Positions 9,137-20,319 of a DNA stretch of 64,000 bases are shown here, in pieces. The translations under genes were made by a program, and so were the position numbers. The notes beneath the pieces are model-generated. The model was not told the origin of the DNA and did no database searches. It was given only the letters and a program-made list of their open reading frames with translations. Origin of the DNA: an uncultured Chloroflexia bacterium (GTDB lineage: Bacteria; Chloroflexota; Limnocylindria; Limnocylindrales; CSP1-4); contig CAVPPB010000001.1 of assembly GCA_963707215.1 (NCBI GenBank), positions 352,001 to 416,000 of the forward strand, read 5' to 3'. Each line of letters begins with the position of its first letter. The stretch's first letter is position 1.

Positions 9137-10564
9137 ATGGATCCGGTCCTGCTGGCCAGGGTTCAGTTCGCCCTGACGGTGATGTTCCACTTCGTCTTCC
9201 CGTCGATCACCATCGGGCTGGGCTTGATCGTCGCCATCGCGACGACCCGCGCCTGGCGGAGGGGCGATGACGTCTGGCGTCGGACGGCCAGGTTCTGGAC
9301 GAAGCTCTTCGCCCTGACCTTCGCCGTCGGCGTGGCGACCGGGATCGTCATGGAGTTCCAGTTCGGGACGAACTGGGCCCGCTACTCGACCTTCGTCGGG
9401 GACATCTTCGGCTCACCGCTGGCGGCCGAGGGGATCTTCGCCTTCTTCCTCGAGTCGACGTTCCTCGGCCTGCTCCTGTTCGGCGGCAACCGCGTCGGGC
9501 CGGGCCTGCGGGCGTTCGCAGCCTGGATGGTGGCGCTCGGGGCGACGCTCTCGGGCTTCTGGATCATCGTCGCCAACAGCTGGATGCAGACCCCGACAGG
9601 CTACGAGATCCAGGGCGACAAGGCCGTGCTCGTCGACTTCATGGGTGCCATCTTCAATCCCTCCACGCTGCCCCGATTCCTCCACACGATCGCCTCGTCG
9701 TGGGCCGCGGCCGGCTTCATCGTCACCGGGATCGCGGCCTACTGGCTGCTCCGCGGCAGGCACCTCGACGTCGCGCGGCGGTCGATCCGGGCCGGCCTCG
9801 GCCTCGCTGTCGTCGCGGCCGTCCTGATGTTCGCCACGGGGGACCTGAGCGCACGGCAGGTGGCCGAGACGCAGCCGGCCAAGTTCGCCGGGATGAACGG
9901 CCTCTACTCCACCGCCGAGGGCGTGCCCCTGGTGATCTGGTCGCTGCCGCCGACCCAGGACCCGGCGAACGCCCCGGTCGGGCCGGAGATCCTCGTCGGG
10001 AACCTGCTGTCGTTCCTCGCCTTCGGCGACTTCACCGCCGCGATCACCGGGCTCGAGGCGTTCCCGGTGGACGAGTGGCCGCCCGTCGCCATGACGTTCC
10101 TGAGCTACCACAACATGGTGATCCTCGGCACGATCATGCTCCTCGTGATGGCGAGCGGGGTCTTCCTGCTCTGGCGCGGCAGGCTGGAGACCTCCCGCCG
10201 CTGGCTGTGGCTCGCGGTCGTCGCGATCCCCGCCCCCATGATCGCCATCCAGCTCGGCTGGGCCACGGCGGAGATCGGCCGGCAGCCCTGGATCGTCTAC
10301 GGCCTCATGCGGACCTCGGAGGGGACCTCGACGGTCGTGAGCGGTCCGGAGATCCTCGCCTCGATCCTCCTCTTCGGCTCCATCTACCTTCTCCTCGGCA
10401 CGCTCTGGCTGTGGGCGTTCGTCAAGGAGCTCCGCCATGGTCCGGAGCCGGCGCCCCCTGCGCCGGACCTCGGTGGTCCCACCCCAGAGCCGCCGCCGCA
10501 GGCCGAGCGGCACGCCCGGCCGGCGATCGTCCATCCCCGTGCCGTGACGTCGGGAGAGAAGTGA
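9137..10564 (+). CDS. cydA: Cytochrome bd quinol oxidase subunit I
   Basis: LARVQFA..FHFVF, MEFQFGTNW, EGIFAFFLES, ANSWMQTP, QPAK and AEIGRQPW. Confidence 0.97.
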   Translation: MDPVLLARVQFALTVMFHFVFPSITIGLGLIVAIATTRAWRRGDDVWRRTARFWTKLFALTFAVGVATGIVMEFQFGTNWARYSTFVGDIFGSPLAAEGIFAFFLESTFLGLLLFGGNRVGPGLRAFAAWMVALGATLSGFWIIVANSWMQTPTGYEIQGDKAVLVDFMGAIFNPSTLPRFLHTIASSWAAAGFIVTGIAAYWLLRGRHLDVARRSIRAGLGLAVVAAVLMFATGDLSARQVAETQPAKFAGMNGLYSTAEGVPLVIWSLPPTQDPANAPVGPEILVGNLLSFLAFGDFTAAITGLEAFPVDEWPPVAMTFLSYHNMVILGTIMLLVMASGVFLLWRGRLETSRRWLWLAVVAIPAPMIAIQLGWATAEIGRQPWIVYGLMRTSEGTSTVVSGPEILASILLFGSIYLLLGTLWLWAFVKELRHGPEPAPPAPDLGGPTPEPPPQAERHARPAIVHPRAVTSGEK

Positions 10565-10565
10565 G

Positions 10566-11581
<1,016 letters not shown>

Positions 11582-11591
<10 letters not shown>

Positions 11592-14014
11592 TCCCGGTCG
11601 GCCGGAGCGGCGTCCCCGTCGACCGGGGAGCAACCGCTCCCGCCCGCTGGTGGGGCCGACGCCTCGCGGGCGAGTCGAGCCAGCCGCTCGAGGCGCTCCT
11701 CGACCGCCCGGTGGATCTCGGCGGCCGGGCGACCGCTGAGGAGCTCGAGCGCCTCGTCGACCGTGTGCACGGCCCAGACCCGGAAGCGCCCGGCCTCGGC
11801 TGCGACCACCACGTCCCGGCGCAGCATCAGGTCGTGGACGTTCGCCGCCGGGACGATGACCCCCTGGCCGTCCTCCGGCCCCACGATGCCACAGGCGTCG
11901 AAGAAGCCCTCGACCTTCTCGTTGGTGCCACCGATCGGCTGGACGTTGCCGTGCTGGTCGACCGAGCCGGTGAGGGCGATGGACTGGCGAAGCGGGACAT
12001 CGCCGATGGCCGAGAGCAGCGCGCACAGCTCGGCCAGAGATGCGCTGTCCCCTTCCACCCCGGAGTACGACTGCTCGAAGACGAGGCTGCCCTGGAGGCT
12101 CAACGGGCCGGCGGCCGCGTACCGCCCGCCGAGGTAGCCGGCCAGGATCATCACCCCCTTGCTGTGGATCGGCCCGCCGAGCTCGACCTCGCGCTCGATG
12201 TCGACCACCTCGCCGCCACCGAGGCGGACGCGGGCGGTGATCCTCGTCGGCCAGCCGAACGCCTCGTCGCCCAGCTGGTGGACGGCCAGCCCGTTGATCT
12301 GGCCGACGTCCTCTCCGCGGGTCCGAACGAGCAAGGTCCCCCGGGCGATCGCCTCGAGGAGCAGCTCTCGCCGCCGGCCGACCCGGCGCCGGCGGGCCTC
12401 GATGGCCGCCTCCACGTCGACCTCGGCGATGAGCTCGCGGCCGCCGGCACCGGCCAGGTGGTCGGCTTCGGCCAGCAGGTCGTTGAGGCTTCGCATGTGG
12501 GTGGACAGACGATCGCGGTCGCCGGCACCACGGGCGGCGTGCTCAACCAGCCGGGCCACCGCCGGCGCCTCGAGAGGGCGGAGCCCATCCCGGTGGGCCA
12601 TCGCCGCCGCGATCCGGGCGTAGAGGCGCTCGGTGGCCGGGCTGCGCTCCACCCGGTCATCGACGTCGGCCGCCACCTTGAACAGTTCCGGGAACTCCGG
12701 ATCGAGGGCCATGAGGAGGTCGTACAGCCGCCGCTCTCCGACGAGGGCGATCTTCACGTCGAGCGGGATCGGGTCCGGCTCGAGACTGACCGTGTCGACG
12801 AGCGTCAGCGCCCGGCCGATCGATTCGATGCGCAACTCGCCTGATCGGAGCGCCCGCTTGAGCCCGTCCCAGGCGAACGGTTCGACCAGCAAGCGACGAG
12901 CGTCGAGGATCAGGTAGCCGCCGTTGGCGCGGTGGAGGGCACCAGCTCGGATGTGGCTGAAGTCGGTCGTCAGGGCGCCCATCTGGGCGACGTACTCGAT
13001 CCGCCCCAGGAGGTAGGCGTAGGTCGGGTTCGGCTCCATGACCACTGGAGCGCCGCGCAGATCGGTCCGATCAACGAGCAGGTTGACCTCGTAGCGGCGT
13101 AGCGTGGCCGCCGGGTCGGCGCCCAGGATCCGCATGCCCAGCGGCCCCCGCGCCTCGGGTCCGGCAGCCGCGCTGAACTCATGAGCGTGGCCGACCAGGT
13201 CCTCCTCGACCGCCCGGAGGTGGTCGAGGAGCTCGGGCAGGTCGGCGGCCTCGTCGCGGATCGCGGCGAGGCGGATCGCGGCCGTCGAGCGGACGACCGC
13301 CTGATCAAGCTCGGCCAGACGGTCGCGCCCCTCCTTCTCCCACGCCGGGACGCGTCTCAGGACCGCCTCGAGCTCTTCCTCGAAACGTGCGAGATCAGCC
13401 TTCCGGCGCTCCTGCTCCTCCTCGGGCAGGCGCCGGAATGCTTCCTGGGCGAGGACCTCGTCGCCCTCGGTCATCGCCAGGCCGACACCGACGGGGGTGC
13501 GGACCAGGGCGACCTTGACCTTCGACGCCCGCGCCGCGAGGGCCTCGAGCTCCTCGTCGCGACGCTTCTGGGCGGAGCTCTCCACGGCTTCCCGACGGGC
13601 CCGGTAGTCGTCGCTCTCGAAGGCGGCGGGCAGGGCGCTCCGGAGGTCTGCGACGAGGCGGGCCATGGCGTCGCGAAACCATCGACCGCGCCCGGCCGGA
13701 AGGGCGATCGCCCGGGGCCGGCCCGGGTCCGTGAAGCGCTGCACGTAGACCCAGTCGCTCGGGGTCGGGTCGGCGGCGGACGCCCGGGCCATCGCGCCGC
13801 GCAGCAGCGTCGTCCGCCCGCTGCCCTCGGGCCCCTGGACGAAGACGTTGAAGCCCTGGCGTCGGATCGCCAGCGCGAAGTCGACGGCCTCGACCGCTCG
13901 GTCCTGGCCGACGACCCCCTCCACCGGCTCGAGCTCGGAGGTCGATCCGAAGCCGAGCGAGGTCGGCTCGGTCGGCCGGTGCAGCTCCGCGACCCCAAGC
14001 GGCTGGACAGGCAT
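11582..14014 (-). CDS. Lon-like protease, LonC/AAA_32 type
   Basis: GQDRA, degenerate Walker A GPEGSGRTT, coiled-coil insert, GALHRANGGYL, catalytic dyad VEGDSAS / IGGTNEKVEGF. Confidence 0.92.
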
Positions 14015-14317
14015 CCGTGGTCCTCCCGGGACGCCTTCGGCGCGACGGTAGCCCGGTGGCGCGTCGGGAGGGAGGGCGGACCGGCCCTAAGGTTCGGGCC
14101 GGTGCGGAGGCACCCGCGGTGGCCGGTGGCGCCTGGCGACCGCTCGGCGGGCCTTGGCGGCGCACGGCAACACCCGCATCGTCCCGCCAGATGCAACGAG
14201 CGCGCGACGCGCGCCATCGCACCCATCCGCGACGGAGCGAGCGGCGTAATGAGGCTAACGACGACCAGTCGTCGGCCAGCGCGAATAGGTCGCCCACCGC
14301 GACCCCTCCCTCCTCCC

Positions 14318-14351
14318 ACGAAGCCGGGCCCGACCGAGGACCCGGCTTCGT
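14318..14351. terminator. Intrinsic terminator-like hairpin
   Basis: Perfect 11-bp stem acgaagccggg / cccggcttcgt followed by catgt. Confidence 0.6.
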
Positions 14352-14427
14352 CATGTCCACTGGCTTCGTCGCCAGACCGCCAGGGAGGTGGATCGCTCCC
14401 CACCGGCCGTGAGGCCATGGACCGGAA

Positions 14428-15441
14428 CTAGAGGTCGTCGTCCCCGCGCAGGGAAAGGACCGCCGTCCCCGAGATGGTGCCGCTCGCGAGCCGCTCGAGG
14501 GCGAGGCCGCCATCGGCCAGCGGATGGATCTCGACGTCGGTCCGGATCGGGATCGTCGGGGCAAGGGCGAGGAAGTCCCGGGCGTCCGCCTGGGTCACGT
14601 TCGCCACCGAACGGATCGAGCGCTCCCACCAGAGACGCTCGTAGGCGAAGGACGGGATCCGGTCGAGGTGGATCGCGTTGACCGCCACGGTGCCGCCGCG
14701 GTCGACGGCGGCCAGGGCGGCAAGCACTATCTCCCCGGACGGGGCGAAGGTGATGGCCGCATCGATCGGGACGGGGGCTCGCTCGTGATAGCCGCCGACC
14801 CATGCGGCGCCGAGCTCGGCGGCCCGCTCACGTTCCGTCTGGGAGCGGGTCCAGACGAAGACCTCGCAACCCCAGTGGCGGGCGACCTGGATGACGAGCC
14901 GCGCCGACGAGCCGAAGCCGAACAGCCCGAGCCGGTCACCCGGGTGGATCCCGGCGACCTTCAGCGAGCGGTATCCGATGACCCCGCCGCAGAGGAGCGG
15001 CGCGGCATCGAGGTCGCCGAAACCTTCGGGGATACGGACGGCGACATCAGCTCGGACCGTCATGCGCTCGGCGAAGCCCCCGTCCCGGTCCCAGCCGGTG
15101 AATGCCGCGTCGCGGCAAAGGTTCTGGCGCCCATCGCTGCAGAACCGGCAGGTCCCGCAGGTTCCGGCAAGCCAGGTGACCCCGACCCGCTCGCCGACCA
15201 CCCAGCCATCGACGCCGACGCCACGGTCGACGACCCTCCCGACGGCCTGGTGGCCCGGGACGACCGGCAGGCGCCGGGCGGGCAGGTCGCCTTCGACGAG
15301 CTGCAGGTCGGTCCGACAGACGGCGCAGGCGGCCACCTCGACCAGGAGCTCCCCTCGACCAGCCGCGGGCTCCGGGAGCTTGACGAGGCGAAGCGGTCGC
15401 TCGACGGCCGGGGCCGGTGCCTCGAGGACCAGGGCGCGCAT
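14428..15441 (-). CDS. Zinc-binding alcohol dehydrogenase family protein
   Basis: MRALVL..AVCRTD, PGHQAVG, CGTCRFC..NLC, APLLCGG and GFGSSA. Confidence 0.92.
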   Translation of the reverse strand: MRALVLEAPAPAVERPLRLVKLPEPAAGRGELLVEVAACAVCRTDLQLVEGDLPARRLPVVPGHQAVGRVVDRGVGVDGWVVGERVGVTWLAGTCGTCRFCSDGRQNLCRDAAFTGWDRDGGFAERMTVRADVAVRIPEGFGDLDAAPLLCGGVIGYRSLKVAGIHPGDRLGLFGFGSSARLVIQVARHWGCEVFVWTRSQTERERAAELGAAWVGGYHERAPVPIDAAITFAPSGEIVLAALAAVDRGGTVAVNAIHLDRIPSFAYERLWWERSIRSVANVTQADARDFLALAPTIPIRTDVEIHPLADGGLALERLASGTISGTAVLSLRGDDDL

Positions 15442-15574
15442 GGTCCATGGGTAGCATCCATGGGCGACCGTCGCAAGGGCGACCGGTCGCTGCCGCCGGG
15501 GCCGATGCGACATCTCTGCACTCGGCCGGACGGGGACCTCCGCCCAGCCAGGGCGTCCGGTGTAGAGTCGAGCC

Positions 15575-16129
15575 ATGCCTCGACGGTTGTTCGCTTTCGA
15601 TCCGCCGGACCGTTTCGTGGTCGGCACCGTCGGCCAGCCCGGCCAGCGGACCTTCTTCCTCCAGGCCAGAGGTGACGGCCGCCTCGTCTCGGTATCGCTC
15701 GAGAAGGTCCAGGTGGCGGTCCTGGCCGAGCGACTCGACAGCCTCCTCGACGAGCTCCAGCGACGGGGCATCGCGGACTCATCCGCGGACCGGGCGGGGG
15801 CCGACGACGGACCACTCGACGAGCCCCTGAACGAGCTCTTCCGAGCCGGGACACTGTCATTGGGCTGGGATGCCGACCGCCCGGCGATCGTGATCGAGGC
15901 CCGCGAGGGCACCGAGGAGGAGACCGAGCTCGAGATCGAGGTCGACGACGACGACCCCGAGGGCCCCGACATCGTGCGGGTCCGCCTGACGCCCTCCCAG
16001 GCCCGCGATTTCGTCGACGGTGCCGAGCGGATCCTGGCGGCAGGACGCCCACCGTGTCCGATGTGTGGGCAGCCGCTGGACCCGCAGGGCCACCTCTGCC
16101 CGCGGCGGAACGGCACCTTCCTGAACTGA
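15575..16129 (+). CDS. DUF3090 family protein
   Basis: GTVGQPGQRTFFLQA, LEKVQV and C-terminal AGRPPCPMCGQPLDPQGHLCPRRNG. Confidence 0.9.
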   Translation: MPRRLFAFDPPDRFVVGTVGQPGQRTFFLQARGDGRLVSVSLEKVQVAVLAERLDSLLDELQRRGIADSSADRAGADDGPLDEPLNELFRAGTLSLGWDADRPAIVIEAREGTEEETELEIEVDDDDPEGPDIVRVRLTPSQARDFVDGAERILAAGRPPCPMCGQPLDPQGHLCPRRNGTFLN

Positions 16130-16137
16130 CACCGTCG

Positions 16138-16944
16138 ATGACCGGACCGCGGCGCGTCGTCCTGGACGCCGCCGGCGCAGAGCGCCTCCTCGCGGATGGC
16201 GAGCTCGATCTCGTCGGGCGGCTCGTCGCATCGTCGAACAACGCCCTCATCGGCACCCTGAGTGGGTCGATCGAGGGCGGGGACGACCCGCCCGCCGGCG
16301 AGGCGATCGGTCCGGAGGTGACCGGGCCCGCGGACCGTGACCCATTCACCGTCGCCTGCGTCTACAAGCCCATCCGGGGCGAACGACCGCTCTGGGACTT
16401 CCCCGACGGGACGCTGGCGCTCCGCGAGGTCGCCGCCTACGTCCTGTCGGAGGGTGGCGGCTGGGGGGTCGTGCCCCCCACGGTGCTCCGCGACGGACCC
16501 TTCGGACCCGGCATGCTGCAACTCTGGATCGAGCCCGATGAAGCGGTCGATCGGGTCGCCCTGGTCGTCGAGGGCGACCCGCGCCTCCGACCGATGGCGC
16601 TCTTCGACGCGGTCGCGAACAACGCTGACCGGAAGATCGGGCACCTCCTGCCCACGGATGACGGCCGCGTGTACGGGGTGGATCATGGGATCTGCTTTCA
16701 CGAGGAGCCGAAGCTCCGGACGGTCCTCTGGCACTGGCAGGGAGAACCATTCGACGCGTCGGAGACCGCCGCGCTCCAGGGGCTCCGTCGCTCGCTAACG
16801 GGGTCGCTCGGCGAACGCCTGGCCGAGCTTCTGAGCGACGACGAGGTCACCGCCGTCGACCGGCGCGCCGCCGCGCTCCTCCACGAGGGCCGCTTCCCGA
16901 TCCCCGACCCCGATCGACCCGCCCTTCCCTGGCCTCCGTACTGA
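16138..16944 (+). CDS. SCO1664 family protein (PI3/4-kinase-like fold)
   Basis: VYKPIRGERPLWDFPDGTLALREVAAY, NNADRKIGH, VDHGICF and C-terminal PWPPY. Confidence 0.9.
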   Translation: MTGPRRVVLDAAGAERLLADGELDLVGRLVASSNNALIGTLSGSIEGGDDPPAGEAIGPEVTGPADRDPFTVACVYKPIRGERPLWDFPDGTLALREVAAYVLSEGGGWGVVPPTVLRDGPFGPGMLQLWIEPDEAVDRVALVVEGDPRLRPMALFDAVANNADRKIGHLLPTDDGRVYGVDHGICFHEEPKLRTVLWHWQGEPFDASETAALQGLRRSLTGSLGERLAELLSDDEVTAVDRRAAALLHEGRFPIPDPDRPALPWPPY

Positions 16945-16994
16945 TCGGTCGACCGGGACACTCGAGGGGGTCCTGCCGGTGCTAGCCTGACCCG

Positions 16995-18647
16995 ATGCGG
17001 CGCTGGAACGGCTGGGGCGATGAGGACACGACGCTGGACCTGTCGCCCAGGGCGGCCTGGCTGCTCGAGGAGCTGCTGGGGCCCGGGACGCCGCCCCGCG
17101 ACGCATCCATCGATGACGCCCTCGGCGGCATCCCGCCCGGCCGCCTGCCGGCCCGTCCAGGCATCCTGGCCGACCCGGAGACGCGCCTGCGTCACGCCCG
17201 AGGCCAGAGTCTGCCCGACTGGGTCGCCCTGCGATCCGGGCACCCGGGCACGGTCCCGGACGGGGTGGCGCTGCCGGCCGATGCCGACGCCGTCGGTCGG
17301 CTCATCGCCCTCGCAGGGTCCGTCGGCGCCTCGGTCGTGCCGTACGGCGGCGGGACCGGCGTGGTCGGCGGCCTCGGCCCGTTCGATCCGGCGATCCCCA
17401 CGTTGCTCGTGTCGCTCGAACGGCTGAGCGGGCTCCGATCCCTGGACCACGAGAGCGGCCTCGCGACCTTCGGGGCCGGGTCCACCGGTCCGACCGTCGA
17501 GGGGGCCCTGGCTGCCCAGGGGCTGACCCTGGGCCACTACCCGCAGAGCTGGGAGCTCTCGACCGTCGGGGGCTGGGTGGCGACCCGCTCTGCTGGGCAG
17601 CAGTCGATCGGCTACGGGCGGATCGATTCCTTGTTCGCCGGCGGCCGCCTGGTGGCACCGGCAGGCATGCTCGAGCTGCCGCCACACCCGGCCTCGGCCG
17701 CCGGTCCCGATCTGCGCCAACTGGTACTGGGCTCCGAGGGTCGACTGGGGATCCTCACCGACGTCACCCTCCGGGCGGTGCCCCGGCCGGAGCTCGAGGT
17801 GGTGCTGGGAGCCTTCCTGCCCGGGGTCGACGCCGGCATCGCGGCGTCGCAGGAGCTGGCCCGGGCACACCTGCCCATCTCGATGATCCGTTTCTCGACC
17901 CCGGCCGAGACGCGAACGACGCTGGCGATGGCCGCCGACAGGACCTCGGTCCGGCTGCTGGAGCGCTATCTGGGGGCGCGGGGGCTCGGGTCCGGACGCT
18001 GTCTGCTGCTCGTCGTCCTGACCGGGCGCCGGCGGGTCGTAGAGGCCGGCCGCCGCGAGGTCCGGTCGATCGTGAGAAGCCACCGAGGGATGGGCGCCCC
18101 GGGCGCCCTCGGACGACGCTGGATGACCGAGCGGTTCCGGGCCCCGTACCTGCGCAACACGCTTTGGGAAGCGGGCTACGCGGTCGACACGGTCGAGACC
18201 GCCACCGACTGGGCGAGGCTGCCGGCGCTGGCTCGCGCCGTGGCCGCGACGCTCCGCGGAGGGCTGGCCGACGAGGGCGAGCGAGTCCACGCCTTCAGCC
18301 ACCTCTCGCACGTCTACCCGACCGGCTCCAGCCTCTACTCGACGTTCATCTTCCGTGTCGCACCCGACCCGGAGCTCACCCTGGGGCGCTGGAGCCGGCT
18401 CAAGGCGGCCGTCAGCCGGGCGATCGTCGAGGGGGGCGGCACGATCAGCCATCAGCACGGTGTCGGTGCCGACCACGCCCCCTACCTTGCGGCAGAGAAG
18501 GGAGCTCTCGGCCTGGCCGCCCTCCGGGCCGTCGCCGATCGGTTCGACCCTGACGGGCGGATGAACCCCGGTCGGCTGCTGACGAACGAGCCCCCGACCG
18601 CAGCCCAGCGGACCATCGGAGCCGGCGACGGCTCGACCTGCGCGTGA
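16995..18647 (+). CDS. FAD-binding oxidoreductase, alkyl-DHAP synthase-like
   Basis: MRRWNGWG, PYGGGT, GHYPQSWELSTVGGW, GSEGRLGI, SHLSHVY and ISHQHGVG. Confidence 0.85.
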   Translation: MRRWNGWGDEDTTLDLSPRAAWLLEELLGPGTPPRDASIDDALGGIPPGRLPARPGILADPETRLRHARGQSLPDWVALRSGHPGTVPDGVALPADADAVGRLIALAGSVGASVVPYGGGTGVVGGLGPFDPAIPTLLVSLERLSGLRSLDHESGLATFGAGSTGPTVEGALAAQGLTLGHYPQSWELSTVGGWVATRSAGQQSIGYGRIDSLFAGGRLVAPAGMLELPPHPASAAGPDLRQLVLGSEGRLGILTDVTLRAVPRPELEVVLGAFLPGVDAGIAASQELARAHLPISMIRFSTPAETRTTLAMAADRTSVRLLERYLGARGLGSGRCLLLVVLTGRRRVVEAGRREVRSIVRSHRGMGAPGALGRRWMTERFRAPYLRNTLWEAGYAVDTVETATDWARLPALARAVAATLRGGLADEGERVHAFSHLSHVYPTGSSLYSTFIFRVAPDPELTLGRWSRLKAAVSRAIVEGGGTISHQHGVGADHAPYLAAEKGALGLAALRAVADRFDPDGRMNPGRLLTNEPPTAAQRTIGAGDGSTCA

Positions 18648-20230
18648 CCGCCGCACGGCCGGCCCACGCCGCCGACCGACTCCTGGCCATCGATGTCGGG
18701 ACCCAGAGCGTCCGGGCCCTGCTGTTCGACCCGCGGGGCACGCTCATCGCCGGCGCCCGGGTGCCGATCGAGCCCTACGTGTCCCCGGAGCCGGGCTGGG
18801 CCGAGCAGGACCCCGACGTCTACTGGCACGCCATCGGCGATGCCTGCGCCGCGCTCCGCGGGAAGGTCAGGGCCGGCCCCGTCGAGGCGATCGCGGGGCT
18901 GGCCCTGACGACCCAACGGGGCACGGTCGTGGTGGCGGACGACGCCGGCCGGCCGCTCCGCCCGGCCATGGTCTGGCTCGACCAACGACGGACCTACGGC
19001 CTGCCCCCGATCGGAGGGGTCACCGGCCTGGCGTTCCGGGCGCTCGGCGTCCGTGACACGGTCGCCGCCTTCCAGGCCGACGCCGAGGCGAACTGGATCG
19101 CCCACCACGAGCCCGCGACCTGGGCGGCCACCCGGCGCTATGGCCTCCTCTCGGCCTTCCTGTCGGCGCGCCTCGTCGGCCGGTGGGTCGACGCGGACGC
19201 CTGCCAGGTCGGCTACCTGCCCTTCGACTTCCGTCGCCGGCGCTGGGCGGCCGACGGCGACTGGCGCTGGCGGGTCGCGCCGATCCGCCGGGAGCAGCTG
19301 CCGGAGCTCGTCCGGTCCGGCGATCGGCTCGGGACGCTGACGCCCGCGGCCGCCGACCATCTCGGGCTGCCGGCCAGGCTCCCGGTCATCGCGGCGGCGG
19401 CCGACAAGGCCTGCGAGGTCCTGGGCAGCGGCGCCCTGGAGCCCGACGTCGCGGCCCTGTCCTACGGAACGACGGCCACGGTCAACACGACCCACCGCCG
19501 GTACGTCGAGGCGGTCCGGCTGGTACCCCCGTATCCGGCCGCGATCCCGGACGCCTACAGCCTCGAGATCCAGGTCTACCGCGGCTACTGGCTCGTCGAG
19601 TGGTTCAAGCGGCAGTTCGGCGACCGCGAGGTGGCCCGCGCGGCAGCGGTCGGCAGCAGCCCCGAGGCGCTCCTCGACGAGCTCCTCGAGGAGACCCCGC
19701 CGGGCGCCATGGGCCTCGTCCTCCAGCCAACGTGGACCCCGGGCATCCGTGTCCCCGGTCCGGAAGCGAAGGGCGCCGTCGTCGGGTTCTCTGACGTCCA
19801 CACCCGCGCCCACCTCTATCGAGCCATCCTGGAGGGTCTCGCCTACGCCCTCCGCGAGGGCCTGGAGCGGAGCGAGCGTCGGTCAGGCGTGCGGGCGACC
19901 GAGGTCCGGATCGCCGGCGGCGGCTCGCGCAGCGGCGCCGCCCTGCAGCTGACAGCCGACGTCTTCGGTCGGCCGGCCGCTCGTCCTCACACGGACGAGG
20001 CCTCGGGTCTGGGAGCGGCCATCGTGGCCGCGATCGGGCTCGGGATCCACCACGACGCGGCCGCGGCGGTCCGGGAGATGACCCGGACCCGGGAGACTCG
20101 CGATCCGGACCGCGTCGTCTCGGCGACGTACGACGAGCTCTACCGGCGCGTCTACCGGCGCCTCTACCCTGCCCTGCGCCCACTCTACGAGGACGTCCGC
20201 CGGATCACCGGCTACCCGCCCCAGCCGTAG
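18644..20230 (+). CDS. FGGY family carbohydrate kinase
   Basis: LAIDVGTQSVRA, GWAEQDP, TTQRGT, LYRAILEG and GGGSRS; GTGA overlap with the upstream gene. Confidence 0.92.
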   Translation: MTAARPAHAADRLLAIDVGTQSVRALLFDPRGTLIAGARVPIEPYVSPEPGWAEQDPDVYWHAIGDACAALRGKVRAGPVEAIAGLALTTQRGTVVVADDAGRPLRPAMVWLDQRRTYGLPPIGGVTGLAFRALGVRDTVAAFQADAEANWIAHHEPATWAATRRYGLLSAFLSARLVGRWVDADACQVGYLPFDFRRRRWAADGDWRWRVAPIRREQLPELVRSGDRLGTLTPAAADHLGLPARLPVIAAAADKACEVLGSGALEPDVAALSYGTTATVNTTHRRYVEAVRLVPPYPAAIPDAYSLEIQVYRGYWLVEWFKRQFGDREVARAAAVGSSPEALLDELLEETPPGAMGLVLQPTWTPGIRVPGPEAKGAVVGFSDVHTRAHLYRAILEGLAYALREGLERSERRSGVRATEVRIAGGGSRSGAALQLTADVFGRPAARPHTDEASGLGAAIVAAIGLGIHHDAAAAVREMTRTRETRDPDRVVSATYDELYRRVYRRLYPALRPLYEDVRRITGYPPQP

Positions 20231-20319
20231 GGGGCGTACAGCACGCGGGGCCACGACCACGCCTGCGTGGCGTCGTCGCATCAGAGCCCCGCCTCGACCG
20301 GAGGTGTCGACCCCCTGGC

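Noticed and set aside
14250-14410. tmRNA, because GCT AAC GAC GAC encodes a tag-like ANDD
   Set aside because: There is no LAA-stop ending, no 5' GGGG acceptor strand and no TPsiC arm or CCA end.
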